The notes beneath the pieces are model-generated. The model searched no databases and was not told where the DNA came from. It was given only the letters and a program-made list of their open reading frames with translations. The position numbers were made by a program, and so were the translations under genes. A stretch of DNA of 64,000 nucleotides from Hypanus sabinus (taxonomy: Eukaryota): positions 22,010,001-22,074,000 of the forward strand of contig NC_082716.1 in NCBI RefSeq assembly GCF_030144855.1. Direction: 5' to 3'. This document shows positions 49,501 to 62,984 of the stretch, piece by piece (position 1 is the stretch's first letter; each line of letters begins with the position of its first letter).

Positions 49501-52500
49501 GGATTCAGCAAGGAAACAGGCTGCTTTAGGTCTATTTCGATCTTTAGATCTTGTTCTGACTTCTTCCATTCCTTTCCAGTCCTGAGGAACGGTCTCAACC
49601 CAAAACCTCGACTGTTTACTCTTTTCTATAGATGCTGTCTGGCCTGCTGAGTTCCTCCAGCATCTTCTGTGTGTTTCTTTGGATTTACGGCACCTGCAGA
49701 TTTTCTCGTGTTTGCTGTAGCTCAAGTATAATGTTCTGAGAGATGGTTAATTGGAAATCTGGCATTAAAGGCTTGTAAGGAACAGTGATCAAGAACAACA
49801 GTATTTCAAATATTAAACACCAGAGTTTCTGCAGGAGCTGGAACTTTTGAGAAAGACACAAAAAATGCTAGGGGAACTCAGTAGCATCTATGAACGGGAA
49901 TAAATAGTTGACATCTCGGGCTGAGAGCTTTCATTAGGACTCTGATGACCCTTTAAATATAAATATTGAAAGTCACTCTGTTCATTCTGAAAGCAAAGAT
50001 TTAAATCCGAGTAAAACAAATACAAAAGTATGCAAAGTGAGTTGGGGAAATTACATTTATATGTAAATAAACAATCATTAACATTTAAAGAGATAGTGTA
50101 TGGTTTACCAGTGATAAACGTCTCGTTTTAAAAAAACAAACAGGAAAAGAGGCTCAGCAGTGATTATCAAAAAATATTAAAGATAGTATTAGATCAAAGG
50201 AAAAGATTTAATGATGTCATGAGCAGGAAACCAGAGGTTGGGAAGAGTATGTCAAAAGGAAAAGACCAGGAGGGTAGATATTGAGCTGAGCTATATAAAC
50301 CTACTCTACAATCAATCTAACCTATAACCCTCCATTATTCCTACGTCCATATGTGTAAGAGTACTCCCGATTGTACCAATCCCAGCAGAACATTCCAGGC
50401 ACCCATCTCTGTGTGTACCTCTGTCATCTCCATAAACTTTCTTCAGCTTATCATAAAAGGATGTCCTCTGCCATTAGCCATTGCCACCCCAATAAAAAGA
50501 CACTGGCTGTCCACTCTACCCATGCCTCATGTTTTTATACACCTCTACCAAGTAGAGTCTTATCCTCTGTTGTTCCAAAGAACAAAGCCCTAGCTTGCTC
50601 AACCTTTCCCCATAAAAGATGTTCCCTAATCCAGGCAGCATCCTGGTAAATCTCCTCTGCACCCTCTCTAATGCTTCCACATCCTTCCTATAATGAGGTG
50701 ACCAGAACTAAACACAATACTCCAAATGTGGTCTAACCAGAGTTTTATAGAGCTTCAACGTTACCTTATGGCTCTTGCTCAATCCCCTAACTAATGAGGG
50801 CCAGCACAATATATACCTTCTTAATGACTACCTTGAGTTCACTGGATTTTTCAGGGTGAATTTAGATCTTCACATTTCACTGGTGCTTCTGGTCCACCGA
50901 ACTATCCATGACCCATTGTTCTCCTTGCAACCACTGGGTTAGATATGGGTCCACTGAGCTGCTAAATATCCGCTACCTCCCAAACAAAATCACTAGTGGC
51001 AATGACTTAGCATTAAAGTTGGGGTTTCACAGTGGAACATGGGATTGAATGAGAACGTTGAAGCAAAAGGTGTTTTTAGAATGGCACCATTCCTACTGCT
51101 TTTCATTCAAACCCAGAATGAGCTGGTTGAGTCCATAGTTAACATTGTGGAGAAGAACATGGGCATTGTCCAGTTGCAAGAGTGGACTGATTGGGAAAAA
51201 AATGGGACATGAGACCTTAAAGTGAAGTAATTGAAAGATATCAGAGCCAGTTAAAAATAAACTCAATCTTGGGCCACTGTTCCAAATTTACCAATAGTAA
51301 AGATTCAAGGCAATAATTTGAAACTGATTTCAGGAAGGTAGCCCAATAAAGCAATTTTTGATGAATAAAGATAGAGCCAATAAATCATTTAGGAACCACG
51401 ATGGGGATTGCAATTCCTTCTGGACGCTTGAGGTGTTCCTTTTCCAAGACTATCTTGTCAATCCATGGGCAAAACATGGAGGAATTCTATCCCCATTGTT
51501 GCTCTCACTCAAGAAAACACTCTGGGTGAAATAAAACCCGTTGTTTCCATTGAAAGTTTTGTACTTTTGAAGCAATATCACCTTTTCCAGAAACCATACT
51601 CATCACAAGAAAATTATAGTTTTAAATTCCAGTGTAATTACAATTGCAGAATGGATAAATGGTTATTTGTGATCCCATGACACTGCATGCCTGAAGGCTT
51701 CGTCATTAGATCTATTTACACATCTGCACATCAGTGAGGCATCGGAGTTCTGTAACTCCTGTTACCTCTCTTTAACTCCGCATATTATTTGAAGTGACCT
51801 TCCGCACCAGACTTCTTAAGTGATCACATTTTAATGACAATGAAAAATGTTGTTGTTGCCGTAATGCACTGTGCATGATGATTGAAAATCAAGTACTCCC
51901 TGCCTGAAGTTTCAGTTAGGGATCTGAGTTAAATGGCGTTGGAGATTCAGAGTTGTCAGCTCAGCTCAAAGAGGGTGTGTTGGTGTTTTGGATCACTGTT
52001 TGCTTTGGGAGTGGGTGGATGGAGCAGGGCCAGAGTCTTGCTCCTCATTAATGTGCTATTGAGTCTTGCTGTAATTACATGCATCTGGACATCAGGCTCA
52101 ACTCCACAATCCAATGCTCACTGCCAAGATTCAATACACAGATGCCGGCCTCTTGACCGAGGCATGGCTTACTCAGCAAGTATCCAGCTCCTCCCAGCCT
52201 GAACTGTAGGTTCAGTGGACACTGATAGATGGCAGAGGGAAAAAGAGCAAGAGAACATTGCATTTAAAGACTCAGCCAGCTCCAACGTAGGCACAAGCCT
52301 CCCCGCCATCGAGGACATCTTCAAAACGTGGTGCCTCAAGAAGGCAGCATCCATCATTAAGGACGCTCACTATCTGGGACAAACCCTCTTCTCATTACTA
52401 CCGTCAGAAAGGTGGTACAGGAGCCTGAAGACCCACACTCAATATTTCAGGAGCTGCTTCTTTTTTTCCACCATCAGACTTCTGAATTTTCCATGAACCC

Positions 52501-55500
52501 ATGAATGCCACTTTGCTATTCTCCTTTGACACTATTTTTGTAAGTTATAGTGATTTCTATGTCTTGCTCTGTACTGCTAACACAAAACATCACATTTCAT
52601 GACATATAAACCTGATTGTTTCAAATCAACAGCATCAAGTTGCTATCAATTTGTCAGCTGTGATGTACTCTGTAACATTCTACTTATCCTGCTGTGACAG
52701 GCATAAGGGGAATGTAATGCGGCACCTAAATTAAGACCATATGACACGGGAGCAGAATCAGACCAATCAGTCCATTGGGTCTGCTCTGCCATTCCATCAT
52801 GGTCGATTTATTATCCCTCTCAGCCCCATTCCCCTGCCTTCTCCCTGTAACCTTTGATACCCTTTCTAATCAAGAACCTCTCAAGATCTGCTTTAAATAC
52901 ATCCAAAGACTTGGCCTCTACAACCATCTGTGGCAACGTCCCTATCTCACAGAGGCCCCTCAGCTACCCTCACCTGGTTTGGCTTTGTCAAAGAGATGAA
53001 GCGGATGGTGGCTGCTGTCACATGTGAACAGCTACTTGGAGTCACAGGTGAGAGCTGAGTGTCTGACGGGGACCAGAGGTGACTTAGCTGTGCCAGGATT
53101 TACATAACAAGCCCCTTCACCAGAGATGTTACCACTCCTTTGACACCCTTCCAGATAACATCAATGTATAATGGAGCTACTTTTTCCCATGCCCAGCCAC
53201 AAACCTCCAATAAAGACACTCTGTTCTGAACGGTTTCTGGAGGAGATATCAGGTGGACAGGAAAGGGCATCATCCCTCCTGATTCCAGGGAATCTCTGGC
53301 CCATGTTCTCTCAAGGTAGAGAAAGAGCTTTGGGAGTGCTATTGAGAATTTCAAGGCCATGGGTCAAATGAAAACAGAAGACTGCATATTTGGTGAAAAA
53401 ATTGCACTACCTCACAAACTGCACACCCACCATATCAAGTATCTTTTGTCCCATCCATGATGGCATCTGTGGCTCCCACACTGGCTTCATTAGTCACTCA
53501 GAACCCAGAAGCCTGGAGTGGCACCAGTTTTTCATCAACACAAAAGACTGCCTTTGAAGATGAAGGGAATGTAAAATTCACGGAGCAGAATGTGTGCTGA
53601 CGGCCCAGTCCTGCTTCTAAACCGTGAGTTTGTGTTTTTAATGTGCACACTTTGACATTCACGTACAGTGTGAAAACCTATGAATAATCAACTCATACAA
53701 ATGAACACTGTTGGTTCTGTTCACCATCTGTTTTTTAAAATGTTTGTAATTTTACACTGTTTCTGATCCATTTGAACAACTGATGATTTTTCCCACTGAG
53801 TATTGCTACATGTTATCCAGGGATTAGTTCATTCCAATGTTGAATTTTTATCCTTTGAGTTAAAAGTTGACTTTTCTTTTAACTTTGGAGACCAAGGCTA
53901 ATAATTTGAAGTAGAGTTTAATTTCTGTGTTAATAATGAAGTTATGAAATTTAGTGTCTGATAATTACTATTTGTGCAGAAGAGGTAAGAAGAACCTTTT
54001 CTGTGGGAAGGTAGAGAAGGAGAGAGGAAATCACACACATAATATGATTAATTGTGAAGGAATTTGTTCTGTTTCTGTAGTCAATCTAAGGAAAGTTGAA
54101 GAAAAAATATTGCAATGATTTTTCATCTCTCAACCTTTATTCTATCAAAGGTAGTGCCAAGAATTATTCTAAGGGCAAAACCAGTAATGTAAGTAATTGG
54201 AACTTCAAAGATTTAAAAAAGTTATCCATTGTTTGAAACAGACCTGCTTATTTAAGGTTCAATTGTAAAGTACTGATCTATAATGACAATATAAGCCTAC
54301 ACAGTGAAAATGAAGGTCTAAGGAAGAGAAACAAAAGAGAAGAGTCATTAAGCTGAGTGAAGCAAGAAAACTGACTGAAATGGCAGTAAAGTTGTTCTGT
54401 GTCTGCGTGGTTACTCCCCAGCTATCAGGTAGCAACATTCTGTGGAAGAAACATCATGCGAATGGACCGGCAACAACAGAAAATTTGCAAACATATGTAG
54501 CTATATGGTAACATGAACCAAAATTATTGTTATTGATCAGTCATAGAGCTCCACATAGTGCACAAATGCGCTGTATGTTTTAAGACCCTTGAATGGATTT
54601 CTTATATGATAAAGATTTCTCAGTCTACCTTGTCTTGGCCCTTACACGTTATTGTCAACCTGCACTGCACTGTCTCCACAACTGCAACTCAATATACTAC
54701 ATTCTATTTATAATTGGTAATTGGTTTAGTATATTAAAGTCACATGTTCCAAAACATTGTTCTGCATGGCATCCATATGGATCATTTCAAACAACAAGTA
54801 CAAGTTAGCACAAAGTGAAAAACAATTACCAAATACAGTGCTACAGTTACAGCTACAGGAAAAGCGCAGTGCAGGTGGAGGTAGTTTCAATACCCTGTGG
54901 AACTGAAGCATTAAATCCCTAATTTTACATTAATTTCTGCTAGTAACAATAACATTGAATGGAGTCATTAAGCAATACAGTCTTGATGAGGCCTCTTTGG
55001 TCCAATGAGACAATGCTGAACACAGTTCCAGCCCAGCTAGTCCTAGTTCCCTGCATTTGGCCCATATCCTTCTAAGACCCAATCCTCCATGCAGTTGTCC
55101 AAGTGCTTCTTAAATGATACCTATGTACCTGCTCAACCACTTCTCACACGCTCACCACCCTCTGTATGAAAAGGCTCCCCCCCTCCCCCAGGTCCTGTTT
55201 TGATCTTTCCCATCTCACCCTAAGTCTATGTCCCCTAGTTTTGGGGTGTTCTACCCTGGGGAAAAGACTGTTACCATCCACCTCAGTCATGCCTCTCATA
55301 ATTTTAAGCATAAGATCAACCCTCATTCTCCTACACTCCAAGGAATAAAGACCCAGCCGGGCCAACTTCACACCCCTGAGTCCCGGAAACATCCTCGTTA
55401 CTCTTTTCTGCACTCATCCCATTTTAACCATGTGTTTCCTTTAGCCCTTAATATTAGACTTTTGTCTAGCTTTATGTGATCAACAAAACAATTACACACA

Positions 55501-56703
55501 ATAAAATAGAATTTCTGTGAGGTCCTGGTTAACGATTGCTATCAGGAACAAGATTCAGATTTATTTATCACATGTACACTGAAGTGTACAGTGGCATGGC
55601 ATCGTTTGCATTAACAACCATGTCAGATCTAATGTCACAGAGGCTTCATCTACAGTCTGACCTAAACTATGATATGAGGAGGGCAATTCATCCCCCAACT
55701 CCAATGCTGGAAGTATGCAGGAGTATTATTGTAGCTTTGTATGCTCAGTTCCAATAAAAATCTTTGCAATAAATGTTGGGAGGGAGAACTACGCACACCT
55801 GATACTCCCACATCCAGTTTGCTTCAAGGGCTAAAGGTGAATTTCCCCTCCCTGGCTTTCTTAGGTCCTCATGCAGAATACAGGGAAATGGGGAATGCTC
55901 CCTCCACTCACCATCCTTTGCTTCAATATTGACAACTGTTGCTTCCTGTTCCTCTTCAATGCCTGTGTTTGATTTTTTTGGGATCACACAGCCTTGCAGG
56001 CACCATGATTATCAAAGGGAGGAAAAAAAAAAAGAGTAAGAATTTAGTAATTTGAGGATTTTTTTTTGTCGTGATGAGGATTATGTTCCTGGACAGCCCC
56101 TTCCTTGCGTGGCGTACCTTATGATTATTATATTATACATAGATAAATTATTAGAGAGTATTTTATTGAAGAGTTTACAAATGGCCCATGAGGTGATAAT
56201 AATCTATCAAAGGCACTGAGAGTTCAGTGAATAACAGTGTTTCAACAAATAACAGAAGAATAAAAATCAGAGAACATATTATAATTGAAGACAAAATAAG
56301 ATTACACTCACAAAATGGCAGGAAAGAGAGTGAGGTGGATTAAGACAGGGAAAACAAGAGTCCAAAGGTAAACAATCAAAACTTCTAAAAGAAATGGATA
56401 TTCAAAAGTGTATTTAGATCATTCCCTGGTGCTCTGGTCAAACTCAACAGTTTAAGTTGGTCAGGTCTGTAGGAAAAAGGTTGCTTGGCATCATAAATGA
56501 CAGCTACTTACACTGATATTTACCAGACTTAATTTCCATCCTTCCATGGGTTATTTACCTAAGCTTTGATGAACAAAAATAGATCTAAAATTTTCAAATT
56601 GGAAGAATGCACACTGTTGCAGATATATTCGTTCCCAGAAAGCTCACCAAAATTACACAACATAACCACATTTTTCAGGATTTTTTTGAAAGTGCTTATT
56701 TAC

Positions 56704-56743
56704 CTGCTTTGAGAGCTGCATCTTCCGTAGCCTTCAGGAATAT
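56704..56743 (-). CDS. ABCA4: ABCA4-like exon 26
   Basis: 40 bp, GCAG/GTAAA; IFLKATEDAALKA, matching the IFLKV(T/A)E motif. Its phase-1 end fits exon 27. Confidence 0.85.
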
Positions 56744-57758
56744 CTGCAGGTTAGAAAATAATTAAATTGAATTGCTGGCAGCAGGTGAGGTATAGATTTT
56801 AGGTGAATTGCAATTGATCTAAAGAACAGCCGCAGGTCAGACATGGAGAACGGGTGGAGTTGACTATATGATGCAGGCAGTAGGTCAAGAAGGGAGAGAG
56901 CGAGGTACAAGAAGGAAAAGAACATGGAGAACTGAACTACTGTCATCTGAAGAAGGTAGATGAAGTACAGGTGGCAAGTGAAGATGAGGAACAATAACAG
57001 GTGAACTAAAGGTGTTAGAGACAACAGGCGAAAAACAGGCAGCAATAATTCCAAATTCCAATGACTGAAATGATGTAGTAAAGGAGATACTACATAAATT
57101 AATTGTATTTCTCAGCACTCTGTGCTTATGAATTATTTATTTCCACACTTTGATACATTAACATTGGCAACTGATTATCCTCAATACATGTAGCGGACCA
57201 TAAATAATGTTAGTGCCGTTAAATTTTGTGGCCTTTACCCATTTGCTGCCATGATCCCAGCCGTGATATGAAACAACCTCGAGTAGGTAAGCTAATTTAA
57301 TTTCCAGTGATGATGTAGTCACACCCGTTGGGAAATCAGAAATGCTGAAAGCAAATCTAATGGGGTGTGAAACCAAATTTCGTGCGTAGATGTCCTATAA
57401 TATCCATCATAATTTTTTAAATTCTTAGAAGCATTGTGGGGGTACAGAAGCATAATGGCTATGCTACTAGGCCAGTATTCAGAGGGGAGGATTATTACAT
57501 TTGAAGATACAAGTTCAAATCTCACCATTAAAGCAATTAAATACATCTAAATTAAAAAGCTGTCATCAGGAATGACAACCATGAACACAATGGATCACTC
57601 CAAAAATCTATCTAGATCATAGATATGTTCAGGGAAGGAATCTACTGTTCATAACCAGTCTAGCTTATTTATGGCAACTCCAATGTTATTACAAACAACA
57701 ACACACACAAAGTGCTAGTGGAACACAGCAGGCCTGGCAGCATCTATAGGGAGAAGCA

Positions 57759-57795
57759 CTGTCGACATTTCGGGCTGAGAGCCTTCGTTAGGACT
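57759..57795 (-). ncRNA. Hammerhead motif with mutated core (CTAACGA) in the inverted PLE arm
   Basis: Reverse complement AGTC-CTAACGA-AGGCTCTCAGCCC-GAAA-TGTC-GACAG. Confidence 0.6.
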
Positions 57796-58265
57796 AACCG
57801 AAAGGAAAGATAGTAAGAGATTTGAAAGTAGTGGGGGAAGGGGGAAATGCGAAATGATAGGAGACCGGAGGGGGTGGGATGAAGCTAAGAGCTGGAAAGG
57901 TGATTGGCGAAAGTGATACAGAGCCGGAGAAGGGAAAGGATCATGGGACGGGAGGCCTCGGGAGAAAGAAAGGGGGAGGGGAGCACCAGAGGGAGATGGA
58001 GAACGGGCAAAGAGTGACGGGCAGAGAGAGAGAAAAAAAGGAGGGGGAAATAAATAAATCAGGGATGGGGTAAGAAGGGGAGGATGAGGCATCAACGGAA
58101 GTTAGAGAAATCAATGTTCATGCCATCAGGTTGGAGGCTACCCAGAAGTTACCAACCAGGTCCAACGCATAATTCTCTGTAACTTCCGCCACCTCCAATG
58201 GGATCCCACTACCAAACACATTTTACCCTCCCCCCCCTTTCTGCTTTCCGCAGGGATCACTCCCT

Positions 58266-58736
58266 ATGCGACTCCCTTGTCCACTCGTCCCCCCATCCCT
58301 TCCTACCGATCTCCCTCCTGGCACTTATCCTTGTAAACGGAACAAGTGCTACACCTGCCCTTACACTTCCTCCCTCACCACCATTCAGGGCCCCAGACAG
58401 TCCTTCCAGATGAGGCGACACTTCACCTGTGAGTCAGCTGGTGTGGTATACTGCACCCGGTGCTCCCGGTGTGGCCTTTTATATATTGGTGAGACCCGAC
58501 GCAGACTAGGAGACTGTTTCACTGAACACCTACACTTGGTCCGCCAGAGAAAGCAGGATCTCCCAGTGGCCACATATTTTAATTCCACGTCCAGTTCCCA
58601 TTCTGATATGTCTATCCATGGCCTCCTCTATTGTCAAAATGAAGCCACACTCAGGTTGGAGGAACAATACCTGTTATACCGGCTAGGTAGCCTCCAACCT
58701 GATGGCATGAACATTGACTTCTCTAACTTCCGTTAA
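58266..58736 (+). pseudogene. PLE GIY-YIG endonuclease domain (truncated element ORF)
   Basis: GTYPCKRNKCYTC...VVYCTRCSRCGLLYIGETRRRLGDCFTEH...PVATYFN...EQYLLYRLGSLQPDGMN. Confidence 0.88.
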
Positions 58737-58997
58737 TGCCCCTCCTCCCCTTCTTACCCCATCCCTGACGTATTTAGTTGTTGCCTGTTCTCCATCTCCC
58801 TCTGGTGCTCCCCCCTCCTTTCTTTCTCCCGAGGCCTCCCGTCCCATGATCCTTTCCCTTCTCGAGCTCTGTATCACTTTCGCCAATCACCTTTCCAGCT
58901 CTCAGCTTCATCCCACCCCCTCCGGTCTTCTCCTATCATTTAGCATTTCCCCCTTCCCCCACTACTTTCAAATCTCTTACTATCTTTCCTTTCGATT

Positions 58998-59033
58998 AGT
59001 CCTGACGAAGGGTCTCGGCCGGAAACGTCAACA
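58998..59033 (+). ncRNA. Minimal type-I hammerhead ribozyme motif (PLE pLTR)
   Basis: AGTC-CTGACGA-AGGGTCTCGGCCG-GAAA-CGTC: core intact, palindromic ACGT stem III, stems I and II partly mismatched. Confidence 0.75.
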
Positions 59034-59699
59034 GCGCTTCTCCCTATAGATGCTGCCTGGCCTGCTGTGTTCCACCAGCACTTTGTGTGTGTTGTTGTTT
59101 GAATTTCCAGCATCTGCAGATTTCCTCGTGTTTGCTCCAATGCTATTAACTGTTATTCATCTCCTGAAGTTGGTCACTTAGTTCTGAGATCAGTCAGCGA
59201 AGAGCTATAAATGTTCACTGCATTTTAGGAAGAAGTAGAAAGAAATCTTTCATGCAGCCATGGTAGACTCGTGGGTGGATCTGCACTGAAATTTCTGTCC
59301 AACACAACGATGACTCACTCAGGCCCACAACTGCTGGTTGGAAACCCCATAGCTAAAATTGAACTGTCAGTTTCAGAAAGTGGTTGAATCATTGGGAAAC
59401 TCCTTGCACAGGAGTGATGGGTTCAAAACAAGAAAATAGATGTAGCACTACAATTCAGCCACCTTCCCCTCCCCACCTCCCCGCTTTCCATAGGGGTCGA
59501 TCTCTACATGACACCCTTGTCCACTCATCCTGTCTCAAAACAACAAATTTCATGACCTATATCAGTGACCATAAACCTGATTCCAATATTAGCCCAACTG
59601 TTACCTTAACACATTTGCAGCTATCCTCCACGGTGAAGACCGAAACAATGAGTTAACTTAACATATCAGCCCTTGTTTTAGCTCCTGCTATCAATTCAC

Positions 59700-60118
59700 C
59701 TGGGTGATGGGTGGAGTTACTTCCCTACTAAAGGAGGTGTAAAACCCTCCTTCCCTCCGCTAGCCTGCAGGTCCCATTTGGGCAAGGTGTAGCACCTGCT
59801 TACATTCCCGATCAGGGTTACATGAAGCCATGGGAGCAGGTGGTGGGTGGTCGTATGAGCAACTGGTGCATATCACCGGTCCTGGATATGCGACCACTGA
59901 TGCCAGGCAGACAATCTCTGAAGAGTGTTGACAATGGCTGGGGTCTCCCATCTTGAAAAGGCAATGGCAAATCACCTCTGTAGAAAAAAATTGACAAGAA
60001 CAATCATAGTCAAAGGCCATGATTGCCCACGTCATACCACATGTCCATAATGATGATGTCATATGACATGTCCATAATGATGATGTCATATGACATCGCT
60101 CATAATGATGATGATGAT
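59700..60118 (+). mobile_element. SINE-like element with RTE-type 3' end; copies at ~280-630(-), 41488-41890(-), 47180-47527(+)
   Basis: Four alignable ~400-bp copies sharing CTCCTTCCCTCCGCTAGCC..GGGCAAGGTGTAGCACCTGC..CTGTAGAAAAAATTTGCCAAG and an (ATG)n tail; RTE assignment inferred from the Bov-A-like GGCAATGGCAAA motif. Confidence 0.7.
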
Positions 60119-61189
60119 ATTAATTCAACAGATTGGATCTAATGGTCCATACTTCATGATGCCGCTGGCGATATACAGCAACGTTTTGCAGGCAGTTCAC
60201 AAAACTGCTAGATATTCTACTTCCTTTCCTTCTGAACTATGGCCGTTGCAATCTGCAGCCTGTGATTTCCCTATAAGAAATGAACTTCTGAACCACTCGA
60301 ACAAACTAGCAAGTTTACAATTTCCTGAAGCATTCAGCGAATTCGACTTTCAGGAATGTAGGTGTGGCCACTGCCAGAAGAGAGAGCCACAGAGAGTGGA
60401 CTTCAAGCCAGATCGAAGTGTCGAGGCCTGACGGTGGAAAGGGAACTGGTGTTCAGTCCCACTACTCCGTGCCAGCCAGGACCCTCCAGCTGAGCCCATC
60501 CCATCTGCCTGTGATCGAACCACCTCCCTCTCTTCTCCCTAATTACCATTAGGCAGGAGGTGCAGGAGTCTTGGGTCCCCACACCACCAGCTTCAGGAAC
60601 AGTTGTTGCTTACAATCACTGGGCTCTGAACTGGTGTGGATGAACAGACTACATAGCCTATAAACTCACATTTAGGGAGTCTGCCTTTGTTAGGTGTGGT
60701 TTTGCATGGATTTATTATATTTCTTTATTTTCCTGTGGATCCCTGCAAGAAATTAAATTACAAAGTTGTATGTGGTTTATTTTGATAATAAATTTACTTT
60801 GAACTTTCCATCCTTGACTTCCTTGTATTTGCATGTCTCTGGGAACTTGTACTGTTTGCTTTGATTTTCTCTCAAAATCAGTTTTCTCCATCCTTATGAG
60901 CTCTTTAGTTTTTCGCTGTGGGATCACAGTCCTCTGGCCTGCTATCAGTCCTTGTTCTTTGTATGCCATATTTTTCAATGTAACATTATCCTTGACTTGC
61001 TTTGTTAACCAGTCTTAGAATCAGATTTACTATACTGATGTATGGATTGAAATATATTGTTTTGCGGCAATACACAAAAAATACTATGTTTAAAGAAATT
61101 CTAATAAAGAATTGAACAAATAGTGCAAGAGAGAGCAAAAATCGTGAGGTAGTGTTCATGGACCATTCATAAATCTGATGGTGGAGGGT

Positions 61190-61833
61190 GTCACTATCTC
61201 AGAGGACCTGTCCTGGACCCATCATAATAAATATAATGTGAAGAAAGCACGACAGCGTCTCTACTTTCTCAGGATTCTGCAGAGATTCGGCATGTCATTG
61301 AAACTTTGGCAAGCTTCTATAGATGTGTGATAGAAAATGAGCTGACTGGCTGCACTACGGCCTGGTATGGGAACACCAATACCTTTGAGTGGAAAATCCT
61401 ACAAAAGGTAATGGATTTGGCCTGGTACATCACGGGTAAAGCCCTCCCTACCAGTGAGCACATCTACATGAAACATTGCCGTAGAAAAGCAACGTCCATC
61501 ATCAAAGATGCTCACCACCCAGGCCATGTTCTTTTCTCTCTGCTGTCATGTGGTAGGAGGTACAAGAGCCTCAGGACTCACACCACCAGGTCCAAGAACA
61601 GTTACTACCCCTCAACCATCAGGCTCTTGAAAAGGGCATAGCATCACTCATTTAAGGACTGTTATTTCATGCTTGTTGTTTATTTATATTTGCGTTTGCC
61701 CAGTTTGTTGCCCATTGATCCTGTTTAGTTACTGTTCTATAGATTTGCTAAGTATGCCCGCAGAAAAAGAATCTCAGGGTTGTATGTAGTGACATATTTG
61801 TATTCTGCTAATAAGTGTTACTTTGACTTTGAC
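61190..61833 (+). mobile_element. Rex1/Babar LINE 3' fragment
   Basis: FYRCVIENELTGCTTAWYG..IIKDAHHPGH..NSYYPSTIRLL; (CTTTGA)n tail. Confidence 0.8.
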
Positions 61834-62984
61834 TAGAAGCTGTTCCTAAAACATTGATTCTTCCTGATGGTAGTAATGAGACGAGGGCATGTCCTCCTTC
61901 TGTGTGCCTCTTTCCCAGGGAATTCCTCTTTCTAATTGGGATAAATCCCTGCTGGGTATTATCCACCAGCTGATGTAATATCTGCCACTTTTCAGATACT
62001 GACCTGTCTCATAGATTATTATCCTAATCTACCAGTCTGTCCATTCTCCTCTGATCTCTCATTAACAACATATTTTTGCCCACAGATCTGCCACTCATTG
62101 TATTTCTTTTTTGTTTGTTTTTCACATCATTCTTTGTAAACCCTAGAGACTGGGGCGCATGGAAATCCCAGGAGATCTGCAGTTTCTGAGATACTTAAAC
62201 CACCCCATCTGGCACCAGCAATCATTTCATGGTCAAAGTCACTTAGATCACATTTCTTCCCCATTCTGATACTTCATCTGAACAACAACTTGACCATGCC
62301 TGCATGCCTTTATGCATCGAGTTGCTGCCAAATAATTGGCTGATTAGACATTTGCATTAACAGCGTGTACAGATGTAGCTAATAAGGTGGCCACTGGGTG
62401 TATACTACAACTATTTCAAAAAAACTTACATGCTTCAGCTATTGGGTGTAAGGTCATGTAGATCACACCTATGAGGTAACACATGAACACAGTTCCAGAC
62501 CTCATCTCTGAACTTATTAGTTAACAATGCTACAAATGTCCACATGGACTTCCTTAATCCAATTTGTTTGCCTCTGTCAAGACACAGGAGACTGCAGATG
62601 CTGGGATCTGGAACAACAAACTATCTGCTGGAGGAACTCGACGGCTTGAACTACATCTGCAGTAGGAAATGGAACTGTCGCCAACCCTTCCCCCACCCCA
62701 CAGAAGCTGCTCAATCTGCTGCGTTCCTCCAGAAAGTTTGAAAAAACATAGATTTTTGATATTCTCAGACACGTAAAGATACCAAAATATAATATAAGTA
62801 AATATAAATATTTTAATAAGGGGCAGGAGTAGCTAAGTCATGCCCTCAAAGTTGCTCCTTAGTTTAATAAGATCATGGTCATTTGATCACAATTTCAGTC
62901 TGTCACTACTATCTCCCTTTCAGTTCCCTCCTTATAAAGATTCAGATTTGTTAATTTATCACAAGCACATCATGAAATACGCCA

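Larger units (their letters stand above)
711..56743 (-). other. ABCA4: ABCA4-like gene span (partial; 21 exons equivalent to human exons 26-46, both ends outside the window)
   Basis: Exons join in one frame (2,579 nt), all with GT-AG boundaries. Most exon sizes equal the human ABCA4 sizes as I recall them (125,99,95,33,106,75,170,178,116,148,124,130,63,107,142,135,104). ABCA4-type peptides: [38 protein letters not shown]. Confidence 0.9.
57692..59134 (+). mobile_element. Penelope-like element, 5'-truncated, with inverted pseudo-LTR
   Basis: GIY-YIG ORF; inverted arms 57692-58142 and 58686-59101; 14-bp TSD CTCCAATG(T/C)TATTA at 57678-57691 and 59135-59148. Confidence 0.9.

Noticed and set aside
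51873-51928. Possible C/D box snoRNA (ATGATGA...CTGA...CTGA)
   Set aside because: Antisense to the host gene, short, with no clear terminal stem and no recognisable rRNA guide.
53395-53415. let-7-like start TGAGGTAGT on the minus strand
   Set aside because: Only the first 9 nt match, and no precursor hairpin is evident.
57310-57376. FAFSISDFPTG as candidate exon 25 (SSFGISDTxLEE)
   Set aside because: The upstream sequence does not resemble exon 25, LEE is absent and the length does not fit; exon 25 is probably beyond 64000.
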